DNA of 64,000 nucleotides from an uncultured Gemmatimonadales bacterium (GCA_963823035.1 CAWGKG010000018.1:529823-593822), one strand, 5' to 3'; positions 21,748-31,760 are shown, counted from the stretch's first letter. Program-made: numbers and translations. Notes: generated by a model not told the origin, from the letters alone.

Positions 21748-23202
21748 ACGTGCGCCGCGTTCAGGTGGGGCACCAGCGGTCCGGGCGGCAAACGCCACGC
21801 CTCCGCGTCGAAATCCACCCGCACGGATTCACCCGCGCGCATCGACTCGTAGGCCGCGGCCAGCAGCCTGACGGCGATGCCGTGGTCGCGCACCGGCGAG
21901 ATCACGTCGCGCGATGGATCATCGAGCGCGAGCAGGAACTCCGCCGTCGGCGCGTGGTCGTCGGCGCGGTACGTCAGCTCCCGCCTGTCGATCAGCGCGG
22001 GCGCGCCCGCCGCGATCGCGTTCCGGCAATGCACGAGCTCGAGGTGGTCGCGGTCGCCCAGGCGGGTTCCGGAGGAGCCGGTCAGCTTCGCGAAGCGACG
22101 CAGGAAGATCGCGCCGGTCGGTCCGGTGTAGATCGTCAGCACATCCTGCTTCGTGCGTCCCTCCTCCGCGCGCCGGCGCCTGTCACCCACGGTTCCCCCG
22201 CCGAGCAGCGGATTGCGCGACAGACCCTCGTGCAGCATGCCGAGCTGGACGATGCAGACCGTGCGATGATCGTCGTCGCGCAGCGCCACCTGCAGCGCGG
22301 CGTTCACCTCGCCGAAACCGCCGGAATCGACGAGTTCGTCGACGGGCTCGTCCGGGGGTCGCGCCCTCGCGCCGACCGCGTCCGCCGGCATGAAGCCCGT
22401 CGCGAAGACGGTCGCGGAACGGATGCGCGCCACCGCCGCACCCGGCCGTTCCGCCGCCTGGCCGTGCCGGATGATCCAGGGAACGATGTCGAGGACATGG
22501 TAGCCCGTGTGAACGAGCTTGCCCGCACCGTTGCGGTACGTCGACTGAACGCCGTAGTCGGCCGGCGTGTGCCACAGCCCATCGTTGGTCAGGCACTGCA
22601 CGAACGTGGGCCCGTGGCCCGTCCGCAGGTATTCCTGTCCGACGAGCGCGGCGATCTCCCGATAGATCGCCCTGGTAGCGTCGTTGCGCGGCCAGCATGA
22701 AGGGCGAGGCGCGCCGGCCTTCCGCGACCAGCTCGCGCCAGTCGTCGACGAGGTCGCGCGGGTCGGACAGCCCGCCCCCGGGCTCCGCGCGCCGCACCGT
22801 CAGCGGCTTGTCGACGAGCGTGGGCAGGCCGCGGTCCAGCGCCCAGCGGACATAGCGCTTGTGTGTGTCCTCGGGCGACGAGATTATCACGCCGTCGACC
22901 TCGGGCAGCTCCGCGTCGAACGCGGAGAGCGCTGTCGCGGGGTCGTCGGTGGGCAGGTGGTCGATGAACGACGGAGCCGCGGGCAGCCCGGCGCGTGCGC
23001 ACGCGGAGAGAACGGCATCGGCGCGGTCCCGCCGGTCGGCGACCGCGACGAGCCGGACACGCGCGCCGGCGTCCCGCAGCGCCGGCAGATGCGCCTGGCG
23101 GGCGAACGCGCCGCACCCCACGAGCAGGATTCGCTTCGCGTCCGCTCTCACGTCGATCACCGGACCCGACGCGACGTTCAGCGTGTCCATGTCCTTCTTC
23201 AT
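21744..23202 (-). CDS. Gfo/Idh/MocA NAD-dependent oxidoreductase (frameshift at CCC 22670-22672)
   Basis: LLVGCGAFA Rossmann motif, SSPEDTH, LVDKPL, AQRRY; removing one base continues AIYREIA...GKLVHTGYHVLD. Confidence 0.82.
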
Positions 23203-23219
23203 TCCGCGGAGCGCAGCGC

Positions 23220-23948
23220 ATGCCGCACGACGGATCCGACCCGGACATCGTTACGACCCCGACCTCGACCGACGCGGTCGAGCTGCACGCGCGCGGCCGC
23301 CTGTTCGTCGTGTCCGGTCCCGGTGGTGTCGGGAAGACCTCGCTCGTCGAAGCGTGGCGCCGCGCCGAGCCGGACCTGGGATACACGACGTCCGTGACCA
23401 CGCGCGAGCCGCGCGAGAAGCTCGAGAACTACGAGCACGTTTCCCGGGAGTCGTTCCGGTCCATGATCGAGCGGGGCGACTTCGTGCAGTGGATCAACCC
23501 GTACGGCGAGTTCTTCGGCACGCTGCACGCACCGATCCGCGAGGCGATCGCGGAGGGGCGCGACATGGTCTTCGACTACGTGCCCGAGGGCTTTCTCAAC
23601 CTGCGCCGGTACTACCCGGCGTCGACCGTGGGCATCTTCGTCATGGCACCGGACATGGCGACGATGCGACGACGCCTGGAGAACCGCGGCACCGAGTTCG
23701 CCGACGAAGTCGACATCCGCTACGAGATGGCGAGGCAGGACTTCGACTTCATCGAGCAGCACGACTACATCGTCATCAACGATGACTTCGACCAGGCGCT
23801 CGCGCGCCTGCGTGCGATTCGCGCGGCGGAGCGCGTCCGCGTGAGCGCGCTGACCGAGCTGCCCTTCCAGCGATTCAGGCGACCGACACTCGTCCGCTAC
23901 TACGACGTACCGACGCTGCCCGGCACGGACGACGACACCGCTTCCTGA
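23220..23948 (+). CDS. Guanylate-kinase-like NMP kinase (divergent)
   Basis: LFVVSGPGGVGKTS P-loop, SVTTREPR, FFGT, RRLENRGTE, DYIVINDDFDQA. Confidence 0.85.
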   Translation: MPHDGSDPDIVTTPTSTDAVELHARGRLFVVSGPGGVGKTSLVEAWRRAEPDLGYTTSVTTREPREKLENYEHVSRESFRSMIERGDFVQWINPYGEFFGTLHAPIREAIAEGRDMVFDYVPEGFLNLRRYYPASTVGIFVMAPDMATMRRRLENRGTEFADEVDIRYEMARQDFDFIEQHDYIVINDDFDQALARLRAIRAAERVRVSALTELPFQRFRRPTLVRYYDVPTLPGTDDDTAS

Positions 23949-23966
23949 CCCGACGCACGCCCCCAT

Positions 23967-25226
23967 TCAGGCGGCCGACACGTGCGCGATCGCTTCCAGC
24001 GCCGCCGTCGCCGTCTCCAGCGTCTCGCCGACCTCGGCGTCGCCATGGGCCGCGCTGAAGAACAGGTTGTGCGAGGGGTGGACGAACACGCCGCGCGCCA
24101 CCATCGCCTCGGCGAATGCGTTCATCAGGGCGTTGTCCACGTCCTCGGCGAAGGTGAGCGTGGGCATCGTCGGCGGGCCGGTCACCTCGAGCGTGAGGCC
24201 CACCGCCCTCGCTCGATCGATCATCCCGTCGCACCAGGCCCGGGCCCGCCCCTGCATCCCGTCGAATCGACCCGGCTCGGACAGGATCTCCAGGTTGACG
24301 AGCGCCGCAGCCATCGGCGCGGACGCGCTCCAGAACGTGCCTGCCGCGAACACCTGCTCGGCCGCTTCCCTGCACCGCTCGACACCCAGAACCGCCGACA
24401 GCGGATGCGTGTTGGCGAGCGCCTTCGACAGGCAGATCAGGTCCGGCGAAAAGCCGAAGTGACGGTGCGAGCCGGCGAGGTCGAGGCGAAAGCCGGCGCG
24501 AACATCGTCGACGATCAGCAGCGCACCCCACGCGCGGCACGTCGCCTCGACGGCCGGCCACCACTGCGCCGACGGAAGCTCCGCCCGGGCCCCGATCGGA
24601 TGATGAAACGGCGTCATCAGGACCGCGGCGATGTCCTCGCCTTCGCGCTCGAAGACGTCGCGCAGGCCCGCGACGTCGTTCCAGTCCACGCGCAGGACCA
24701 TCGCCGAGTCCTCCGCGGGCCGGCCCGCGCCCATGTTGCACCAGTTGCACCACGAATGGCTTCCGTGATACGCGCCGTTCACGCACACGATCCGCGCGCG
24801 CCCGGTGTGCGCCCGCGCGATCAGGAAGGCGGTGGACACGGCATCCGAGCCGTTCTTGCCGAAGCCCGACCACGCCATGTCCGGGATCATCGACGTCAAC
24901 CGCTCGGCGAGCAGCACGCTCGTCTCCGTCGGCTGGTTCAGGCAGTCGCCCTCCGCCGTCCGCGCGGTCGCCGCGGCATCCACCTCCGGGTTCGCGAAGC
25001 CGGTGATCATCGCGCCGTAGCCGCACACGTAGTCGATGTATTCGCGACCATCGACGTCCTCGAAGCGCGCGCCTCGCGCACGGCGCGCGAAGACCGGGTA
25101 GTTTCCCGGCGACAGGAATGCGGGGAATCGGTTGTGACCCCACACGCCGGTCGGGATCACCCGGCGCGCCCGCTCCAGCAGGCCGTCGGAAACGGGGAAC
25201 TCGCTCGACGTCGTTTCGGCCGGCAT
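23967..25226 (-). CDS. Class III PLP aminotransferase (GSA-aminomutase-like)
   Basis: DVDGREYIDYVCGYG, KNGSDA, GAYHG, LIVDDVRAGFR, PDLICLSKALAN. Confidence 0.9.
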   Translation of the reverse strand: MPAETTSSEFPVSDGLLERARRVIPTGVWGHNRFPAFLSPGNYPVFARRARGARFEDVDGREYIDYVCGYGAMITGFANPEVDAAATARTAEGDCLNQPTETSVLLAERLTSMIPDMAWSGFGKNGSDAVSTAFLIARAHTGRARIVCVNGAYHGSHSWCNWCNMGAGRPAEDSAMVLRVDWNDVAGLRDVFEREGEDIAAVLMTPFHHPIGARAELPSAQWWPAVEATCRAWGALLIVDDVRAGFRLDLAGSHRHFGFSPDLICLSKALANTHPLSAVLGVERCREAAEQVFAAGTFWSASAPMAAALVNLEILSEPGRFDGMQGRARAWCDGMIDRARAVGLTLEVTGPPTMPTLTFAEDVDNALMNAFAEAMVARGVFVHPSHNLFFSAAHGDAEVGETLETATAALEAIAHVSAA

Positions 25227-25279
25227 GCATCCTCTTCGCCCGGGTGGGTGGCGGCGTCTTCGCCCTATCAATAATCCGA

Positions 25280-27680
25280 ATGCCACGACTCCGCGAGATA
25301 CGGGTACGGTCGAAGCGTGTGGATCCGGACCGGCTTCGACGCATCCTCGGCGAGCTCGGCCTGGCCGGACGCATCGTCGCCGACGATCCCCGGCGGCGGG
25401 CAGCGGCGCCCAGGCCGGCTCTCGAGTTCATCGAAGCGGTGCCCGAAGGTGTTGATGACGGAGCGACCGGCCGGACGTCGTCGACCCGCACGATCGTGCT
25501 TCCGCCGGAACCCGACGGACCGCTCGAGCCGTGGATCGCCTCCGTTGCCGCACGGCGACTGCGTCGCGTGTCCGACGTGGAGCGATGCGCCTCGCCCGGA
25601 TTGGACGACGCGCTGCGCGCCGGCCACTGGCTGCACCCCGACGCACCCGACCTCGACGGCGACGGACGCTCCGGCGTCCTCGTCGTGAAGCCGGGCATCC
25701 TCCCCACGGCCGCCTTCATCGCGGAGATCGCGGCGCGGCTCGCGGAATGCGGATACGTCGTCGTCGAAGCGCGCGCGATTCCCGCCGCACGTGTCCGCGA
25801 GCTCGGCCTCGCGCGCTCGCACTACCGATCCCATTGCGCGTTCGCGGAGCGCGGCCGACTCACGCCGGCCGAACGGACCGCGCTGCTGCGCGTCTACGAC
25901 ACACGGGCGTTCGAGGCGACCCATGGTCGACCCGCACGCGACGTGCCCGTGGTCGCGGTCGAGCGTTTCATCGCGGAGACCGGGGTTCCCCGCGAGGTCG
26001 TCCGCCGCTGGAGCGATGACTCCACCGCCGCGCACGGCCTGGACGGCGATACGCTGGATGGACCCACCGAGCTCGGCGACGACAAGTACGTCAACCTGTT
26101 CACGGACCCAGCGTGGGCGCCGGACGGGCCGGTCTTCCTCATCAACGCGCACATGCCCTCGGTGATCGCGTGGTGGGAGGAGTCGCCATCCCCGCGCCTC
26201 GCGCTTCTTCTGACCGCCAGGTCCGCGCGCGCCCTTTCCTGGCAACGCTTGCGCACGGAGTTCTGCGGTGCGTCCGACGGCACCCGCGCTCGTCCGGGCA
26301 GCCTCCGCCGTGACGGAATCGAGGGCCTCCTCCCGCTGTCGCTCGAACCGGGCGAGACGGTGGATCGGACGCGCAACATCGTGCACCTGAGCAACGGCCC
26401 GATCGAAGCGATGCGGGAGACCGCGCTCTGGTTCGACCGGCCCGTCGCGGATCAGCCGTCGGGCCGCGCCCTGACGGCTTCCACCGGCCTCGACGCCGAC
26501 GCGATCCTCGACATGGCGTACCTCGCGCTCGACGGCTCCGTGCGACCGTTCACCGCCGCGACCGCCGGGCTCACCGTCTCGGAAACCGCCGCGTGCATCG
26601 ATCGCGGACGTCTGTTCTCCGCCGAAGCGCTCGGCTGCACGCCCGCCACCGCCGCACGTATCGACGCCGCGAGCGCGCTGCTCCCCGCCCTGCTCGCGGA
26701 CGCGGACGCACCCGTCCTCGCCGTCCTGATCAGCGGCTCGACGGCCCGCAATCGCGCGTCGGAGGATTCGGACGTCGACCTCGTCGTCGTCTCCGAACGC
26801 GTGCCCGACCCGCCCACGCAGCGGCGCGAGATGCACGGCGAGCTCTTCGAGTGCGCATGGATGACCGAGGCGCGCGCCCGGGCCGTCGCCGCAGGTGGCG
26901 ACCGGGACCTCAAGGGTCTTCGCGAAGCCTCACGCCTGGCCTGCGCCCTCGCCCTCCACGATCCGCGCACACTCGCGGCCGAGCTCCGCGAAGCCGCCAA
27001 CGCCGTCGGCCCGTCGATGCCCGAGCTCGATGAGCGTCTCGTCCGGGCCGTGTCCTCGCTCGATGAGCTCGATCGATCATCCCGAACGCACCGCGGCCGC
27101 CCAGTGGGAGACCCTGCGCGAGATCCAGGACGTCCTCGCGGTTTCGCTGCTTTCGCTGCACCCGCTCCGCTACCAGAAGCCGAAATGGGTCATCGCCGAC
27201 CTGGAGGAGATCGGCAGGGCCGACCTCGCGGCTGCGCTCCTGCGCAGCTACGGAGCCACGCGCGACGACGGCCTGGTGCGCCGTACGCTCGCCGGCGTCG
27301 AGGAGCTGCTGGCCGCGATCGCGCGAGCGCACGAGCTGCCGACGCTCGATGCGGTGCTGGCTCACGGATTCGTCGAGCGCTTTCCGGGCTGGAGCTACGC
27401 GTGCCGAACGCTTGCGGACGCGAGGAGCCTGCACGAAGACGGTTCGCCCGCGGCAGCCGACTACACGGCGAAGTTCGCGGCCAGACTCGCGCTGCGCGTG
27501 GGCGCGGATGAACCGGCGGATGCATCGCGCGCACGCACCGACGCAGATGGCGAGCATGCGACGGCCTACCTTCGGCTGTTCACCGATGCGATGTCATCGC
27601 CGCCGACGGAGGACGACCTCGAGGCGGCCGCGGCATGGTTGACGCTCGTCATGCAGGCGCGCGCTCGATGGCTCGAATGA
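25280..27680 (+). CDS. Fusion protein: nucleoside-diphosphate-kinase-like domain + Pol-beta-type nucleotidyltransferase + helical C-terminal domain (frameshift near 27075-27090)
   Basis: NDK-like VLVVKP, HY..H, GA.D...ARPGSLRRD, RNIVHLS...A.RE..LWF; NTase motif LISGSTAR..A...SDVDLVVV; the tail continues in the frame of ORF 26895..27680. Confidence 0.72.
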
Positions 27681-27772
27681 CGAGCTTGCCCGCTCCCTTC
27701 ACCGCAGCAATGTTGTCGAACGTGCCACCGGCTGGCGGTGGGCACTCCCTCCCAAGACAGCGAGGGCTACGC

Positions 27773-28117
27773 ATGGGCGAGATCCTCAAGGCCTATCAGA
27801 CGTTGAACAAGGTGCTGAACCTCGGTCTGACCAAGGAGCAGTTCCTCGCCGCGGAAGCGCAGTTCAAGCTCGACTTCGCCGACAGGGTGAAGTTCCCGGC
27901 GACGCTCCAGAAGGACCCGATGAGGCTCGCCGCCGATTGGGAATTCGCCGCGACGCTGACCCCGCGCCGCACGGCGCTCAGGTCGACGACCCGCCAGAGC
28001 CTGGCTCAGCTCACCGCGTCCGCACAGAAGCAGAGGGCCACCGCGGCGAAGGCCGCGACCACGAAGGCTGCGACGGTCGCCCGGACGATCTCGAAGACTC
28101 CAAAGAAAGCGACGTAG
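27773..28117 (+). CDS. Small hypothetical protein with Ala/Lys/Thr-rich basic tail
   Basis: GAGGG RBS then ATG at 27773; coding-like codon bias. Confidence 0.7.
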   Translation: MGEILKAYQTLNKVLNLGLTKEQFLAAEAQFKLDFADRVKFPATLQKDPMRLAADWEFAATLTPRRTALRSTTRQSLAQLTASAQKQRATAAKAATTKAATVARTISKTPKKAT

Positions 28118-28244
28118 CCCCGCGGCCTTCTGCTCAGGCCGACGCGAGCCCACCCCGACGGTCCCGGCGCCCACGGCCGCCGGGACCGTCTCGCTTTCGG
28201 AAACCGCCGAAGCACCTAGCAACACGCTCTTGGGAGAAAGCCCG

Positions 28245-29453
28245 ATGATCCAGCTCGGATCCTACGACCCCGACGTTTCCGACACGGATCGAGAGGCGTA
28301 CGTCAAGGAGGTGGAGGCGGTCACGCGCGTGCCCCTGCGTGACGTCGAGAGCGGAAGCGACAAGCTGGTGTTCCAGCCACGCGCGCCCGACGCCCGGCAA
28401 CCCATGTCGGTCGCCTCCGTGCAGGAGGGCCTCGAGGCGGTCGGTCTCTTTCCGGGCGGCAAGGCCGACGGGATCTGCGGCTACCGCACCTTGTCGGCGG
28501 TGCGCCTCTTCCAGGAGTACGTGCGCTCCGTGGAGAAGCTCCCTTGCAGTCCCGATGGTCGCTTCGGACCCGCGTCGCAGGAGCATCTGACGCGGTGGTT
28601 GGAGGGCGGCGCACGGATCGAGTGGGCGCCCACCATCGAGGCGTGGCGGTCCGGCACCCTGGGTCCGACGGAGTACACCCGGTGGCTCGCGCTGTTGGAA
28701 CGGGTCAAGGCACGCTACCTCGCCCACCCCAATCGCATGCTGGAGATGGTAAACGCCTTCACCGGCGCCAGCGACACGAGGAAGGTCGCCGATTGGGACT
28801 TCACCTCGGCCGGGAACATCCACCTCGTCGGGATCCGGCGTAGCGAGGCGAGCGGCAAGTTCGACGACGTCTTCGTGCTGCTCATCAAGGGACTCGTCTT
28901 CAAGTTCCAGGGCTCCACGGAGCCCGGCGCCTCCGAGAACGAAGCCGGCACGCCCTTCCTGGTTCAGGGCCAGCACGACTATCACTTCGGCTGGCACAGG
29001 AAGCGGTATCTCGCCCTCCGGCCGCAGAGGGACGGGGTGCTGGTGGTCCGCTCCAAGACCGACCTGCGCCTCGACGAGGGAGACCTGGACCATGGACTCG
29101 AAGCCAACGGGACCATCAACGTCCACTGGGGCGGCAGGGGGATGAAGGGCGACGTGAAGACGTGGTCGGAAGGGTGCCAGGTCATCAACGGTAGCGTCTA
29201 CCTCAACGAGGCCGACGAGCTCATCGACTGCAGAGACTTCGCCGCCGTCAACCAAAGCGAGATCGCCGCCAACCCCGCGAAGACACGGGGCGCCTACAAC
29301 GTGCTCCTCGACCTGGTGACGGCGTTGGGCAGCGACCTGCCCGCCCATGGCGTGCGGTACACGCTGCTCACGGAGCAGGACCTGGAGTTGGACCCGGCGC
29401 TCGGGCAGGGGCTCACGGACGCCCGCGCCAAGGTGGGGAGGTTCCTCGGCTGA
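28245..29453 (+). CDS. Peptidoglycan-binding-domain protein with putative His/Cys catalytic domain
   Basis: PG_binding_1-like repeats (ADGICGYRT..AVRLFQ; PDGRFGPAS); C-terminal INVHWGG...WSEGCQV. Confidence 0.7.
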   Translation: MIQLGSYDPDVSDTDREAYVKEVEAVTRVPLRDVESGSDKLVFQPRAPDARQPMSVASVQEGLEAVGLFPGGKADGICGYRTLSAVRLFQEYVRSVEKLPCSPDGRFGPASQEHLTRWLEGGARIEWAPTIEAWRSGTLGPTEYTRWLALLERVKARYLAHPNRMLEMVNAFTGASDTRKVADWDFTSAGNIHLVGIRRSEASGKFDDVFVLLIKGLVFKFQGSTEPGASENEAGTPFLVQGQHDYHFGWHRKRYLALRPQRDGVLVVRSKTDLRLDEGDLDHGLEANGTINVHWGGRGMKGDVKTWSEGCQVINGSVYLNEADELIDCRDFAAVNQSEIAANPAKTRGAYNVLLDLVTALGSDLPAHGVRYTLLTEQDLELDPALGQGLTDARAKVGRFLG

Positions 29454-29473
29454 CGCCGAGCGGGCTTCGGGCC

Positions 29474-30328
29474 ATGCGAGCCATCCTGCGCTTCGTCCTG
29501 TTCCTGCTGCGCACCGTCGTGCTGGTGGCGGCCCTCGCGCTCGGGTTCGTCGGCGCGAACGGACTGGCCGTCGAGCGCGTGGGGGCCCCCGCCGCGGCGG
29601 TGCTCGCCGGCTCCGGAGTGCTCCTGATCGTGTGGTGGAAGCTCCGCCGGAGGGCGGTTACGAAGGGCGCGCCCGTGGTTCCAGCAACCATCGTGCGCAT
29701 CTGGCAGGATCCACCCGCGGGCGCGCCGGGGATCTATTGGACCTGGGTCCTCTTCGATGCACGCGGTGAGCGCGCACGCGTCCGTCTGACCAAGTCTCAG
29801 GCGCGCCACTTCCTGCGCCATCACGGCCCCGGGGACGTGGGGCGCGTCGCGTGGAGGGGAGCGAAGCTTCTGCGGTGGCAGCCCGCCACCGCCGACTCAC
29901 CCGCACGTCGCACCCCGGTATCCGCGTTCATCTCGTATGAACGCTCCTGGAGCGACGACGCCCGGTACGTCGCGCAGTTCCTGCGCAGCCGGGGTATCGA
30001 TGCCTGGATCGACAGCGAGGAGTTGCAGGCCGGCGACGAGCTCGCGAAGGGGGTGGCGGAGGCCATCGCCCGCGCCGACGTGTTCGTCCCCCTGCTGTCG
30101 CGCACGTACTGGACGTCCGCGTGGTGCCTGCGGGAGCTGGAGGTCGCCCGCAAGAAGGGCGTGGTCATCCGGCCCGTCAAGGTCGAAGAGGGCAGGCTCG
30201 TGCCCCCACCCCACATGCGCGAGACCGCCACCACGATCCTCGATCAGGCGGTCTACGTCGACCTGCGCGGCCGCGACCCCATCACCCAGCTCGACGACCT
30301 CGCGACCTCGCTCGCCGGCGGCCGTTGA
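29474..30328 (+). CDS. Membrane-anchored TIR-domain protein
   Basis: Two N-terminal TM helices; TIR motifs AFISY, GIDAWID...LQAGD, LLSRTY..SAWCLRELE. Confidence 0.85.
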   Translation: MRAILRFVLFLLRTVVLVAALALGFVGANGLAVERVGAPAAAVLAGSGVLLIVWWKLRRRAVTKGAPVVPATIVRIWQDPPAGAPGIYWTWVLFDARGERARVRLTKSQARHFLRHHGPGDVGRVAWRGAKLLRWQPATADSPARRTPVSAFISYERSWSDDARYVAQFLRSRGIDAWIDSEELQAGDELAKGVAEAIARADVFVPLLSRTYWTSAWCLRELEVARKKGVVIRPVKVEEGRLVPPPHMRETATTILDQAVYVDLRGRDPITQLDDLATSLAGGR

Positions 30329-30519
30329 GGCGGTGGGTGGAGGTCACGCCCATGTGACCCTTCCCGCTGTCACCGGATCGAGATCCGCTCCAGTTCGTGT
30401 GTCGGACTGCCGTGCACCGGTACGCGCAGGCTGACGCATTCCTCGACGGTCTCTCCGACGAGGGGGGTTCGCCCCCCACAGGGAGTGCACCCGCTTCGGG
30501 GGCGTGCCCGCCCGTCAGG

Positions 30520-31311
30520 CTACAAGTCGTCCTCGTATCCGAGGAACGGCACCCACGGAGCATGCTCCATCGCGACCATCGTCGAGTAGGTATGAAGCAT
30601 GCTGAAATTGGCGCAGCGGACGGAGAACCACTGGATGGCTTGGTTCTGCAGGAGCTCGTCGTTGATCTCGTCGAGCATGACCACGCTGCTCTTCTTCTCG
30701 GAGTGAATCACCTCAACCGCACGGACCTGGTCGTCCTCGGTGAGATAGGAGTACATCGGGAACAGCGCGTGACGATCGACCACGTCCACGAGGTATTCGG
30801 GAAAGATGTCGGTCTCCGATTGGACTTCGACTCTCACCTTGCTCAACTGACCGAAGAGTCGTTTCGCCGCACCCGGAGACGAGCCCGGCAAAGTGGTGAT
30901 AACCGGGATCTCCATCACGAACAGGATCTTCGGAACGGAATCGAGGGACGGGGACCTCACGGAGTACGTGCACATGTACCGAACGAGACACGTCTCCTTC
31001 GATGCCGGTGTGGTCTTCGTGACGAAGAAGGGGTAGGCAAAGTCGATCTTCACCTCACTCGCACCGAACTCCTCGCGGTAGTCGAGAACATTCCTGGTGA
31101 GGGACGCAGTCCCGAGGCTGTCCCGATGGCGGTGGAGAATCTGGACCAGCCTATCGATCCACCGGGCCTCGAACTCCTGGGAGATCCTCGCCGCTATGGA
31201 AATGCTCGCAACGGTAGGCTGACCCGCAGGATCGTCTCTCGACAACACCCTCATCGGATAGGGGAAGTCGGCCATCCCCACGTCGATGACAAATCGCTTC
31301 TCTTTCGACAT
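30520..31311 (-). CDS. FolE2/MptA-family (GTP cyclohydrolase IB fold) protein, degenerate active site
   Basis: IDVG...YP, QPTVA, FAYPFF..K.TP.S, IPVITT, YSYL...DQ layout matches FolE2; canonical Cys/His motifs are missing; visibly lower GC than the flanks. Confidence 0.7.
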   Translation of the reverse strand: MSKEKRFVIDVGMADFPYPMRVLSRDDPAGQPTVASISIAARISQEFEARWIDRLVQILHRHRDSLGTASLTRNVLDYREEFGASEVKIDFAYPFFVTKTTPASKETCLVRYMCTYSVRSPSLDSVPKILFVMEIPVITTLPGSSPGAAKRLFGQLSKVRVEVQSETDIFPEYLVDVVDRHALFPMYSYLTEDDQVRAVEVIHSEKKSSVVMLDEINDELLQNQAIQWFSVRCANFSMLHTYSTMVAMEHAPWVPFLGYEDDL

Positions 31312-31639
31312 CTCAGGAAAGTCTCCGTTGACATGGAACTCCCCGATCCCTCGACCAGGACGGCATCTCGGAACCTGAGGCCATCGTTTCGCAGCACGGC
31401 ACTACGCGCGAGGAAACCGCGTCATGCAAAATCTGGCGGAACGAAGTCCGGATACAATGGGTGGGGTTCCCGACGCCCCGGCCTCAACCGCCCTGTTCCA
31501 AGACCCAGCCGACGCTCGAGCTGCCTGGCAAACGCAGCGGCTCAGGAGCCCGCCCAGCCTCTTCTGACGGACGACGGATCCCTCGCCGAGAGGGACCATT
31601 CGGTCCAGGCCTCCGGATCGGGGCGCGCTGCGGGGCAAT

Positions 31640-31760
31640 CGCTGCGCCCACCGGGCGCCAGCCGCAATCGCCGACAGGCTCTATGCTGCGGGCTCCGCCC
31701 GCAGGATCATCCCTCCACCTGACCGCGTTGATCATGTCGAAGATCGGCAGGTACATCGCC
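31640..31760. repeat. Degenerate copy of the pilC 3' end and its downstream hairpins
   Basis: 31722-31760 is identical over 39 bp to 32127-32165; similarity extends to 32045-32126. Confidence 0.9.
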
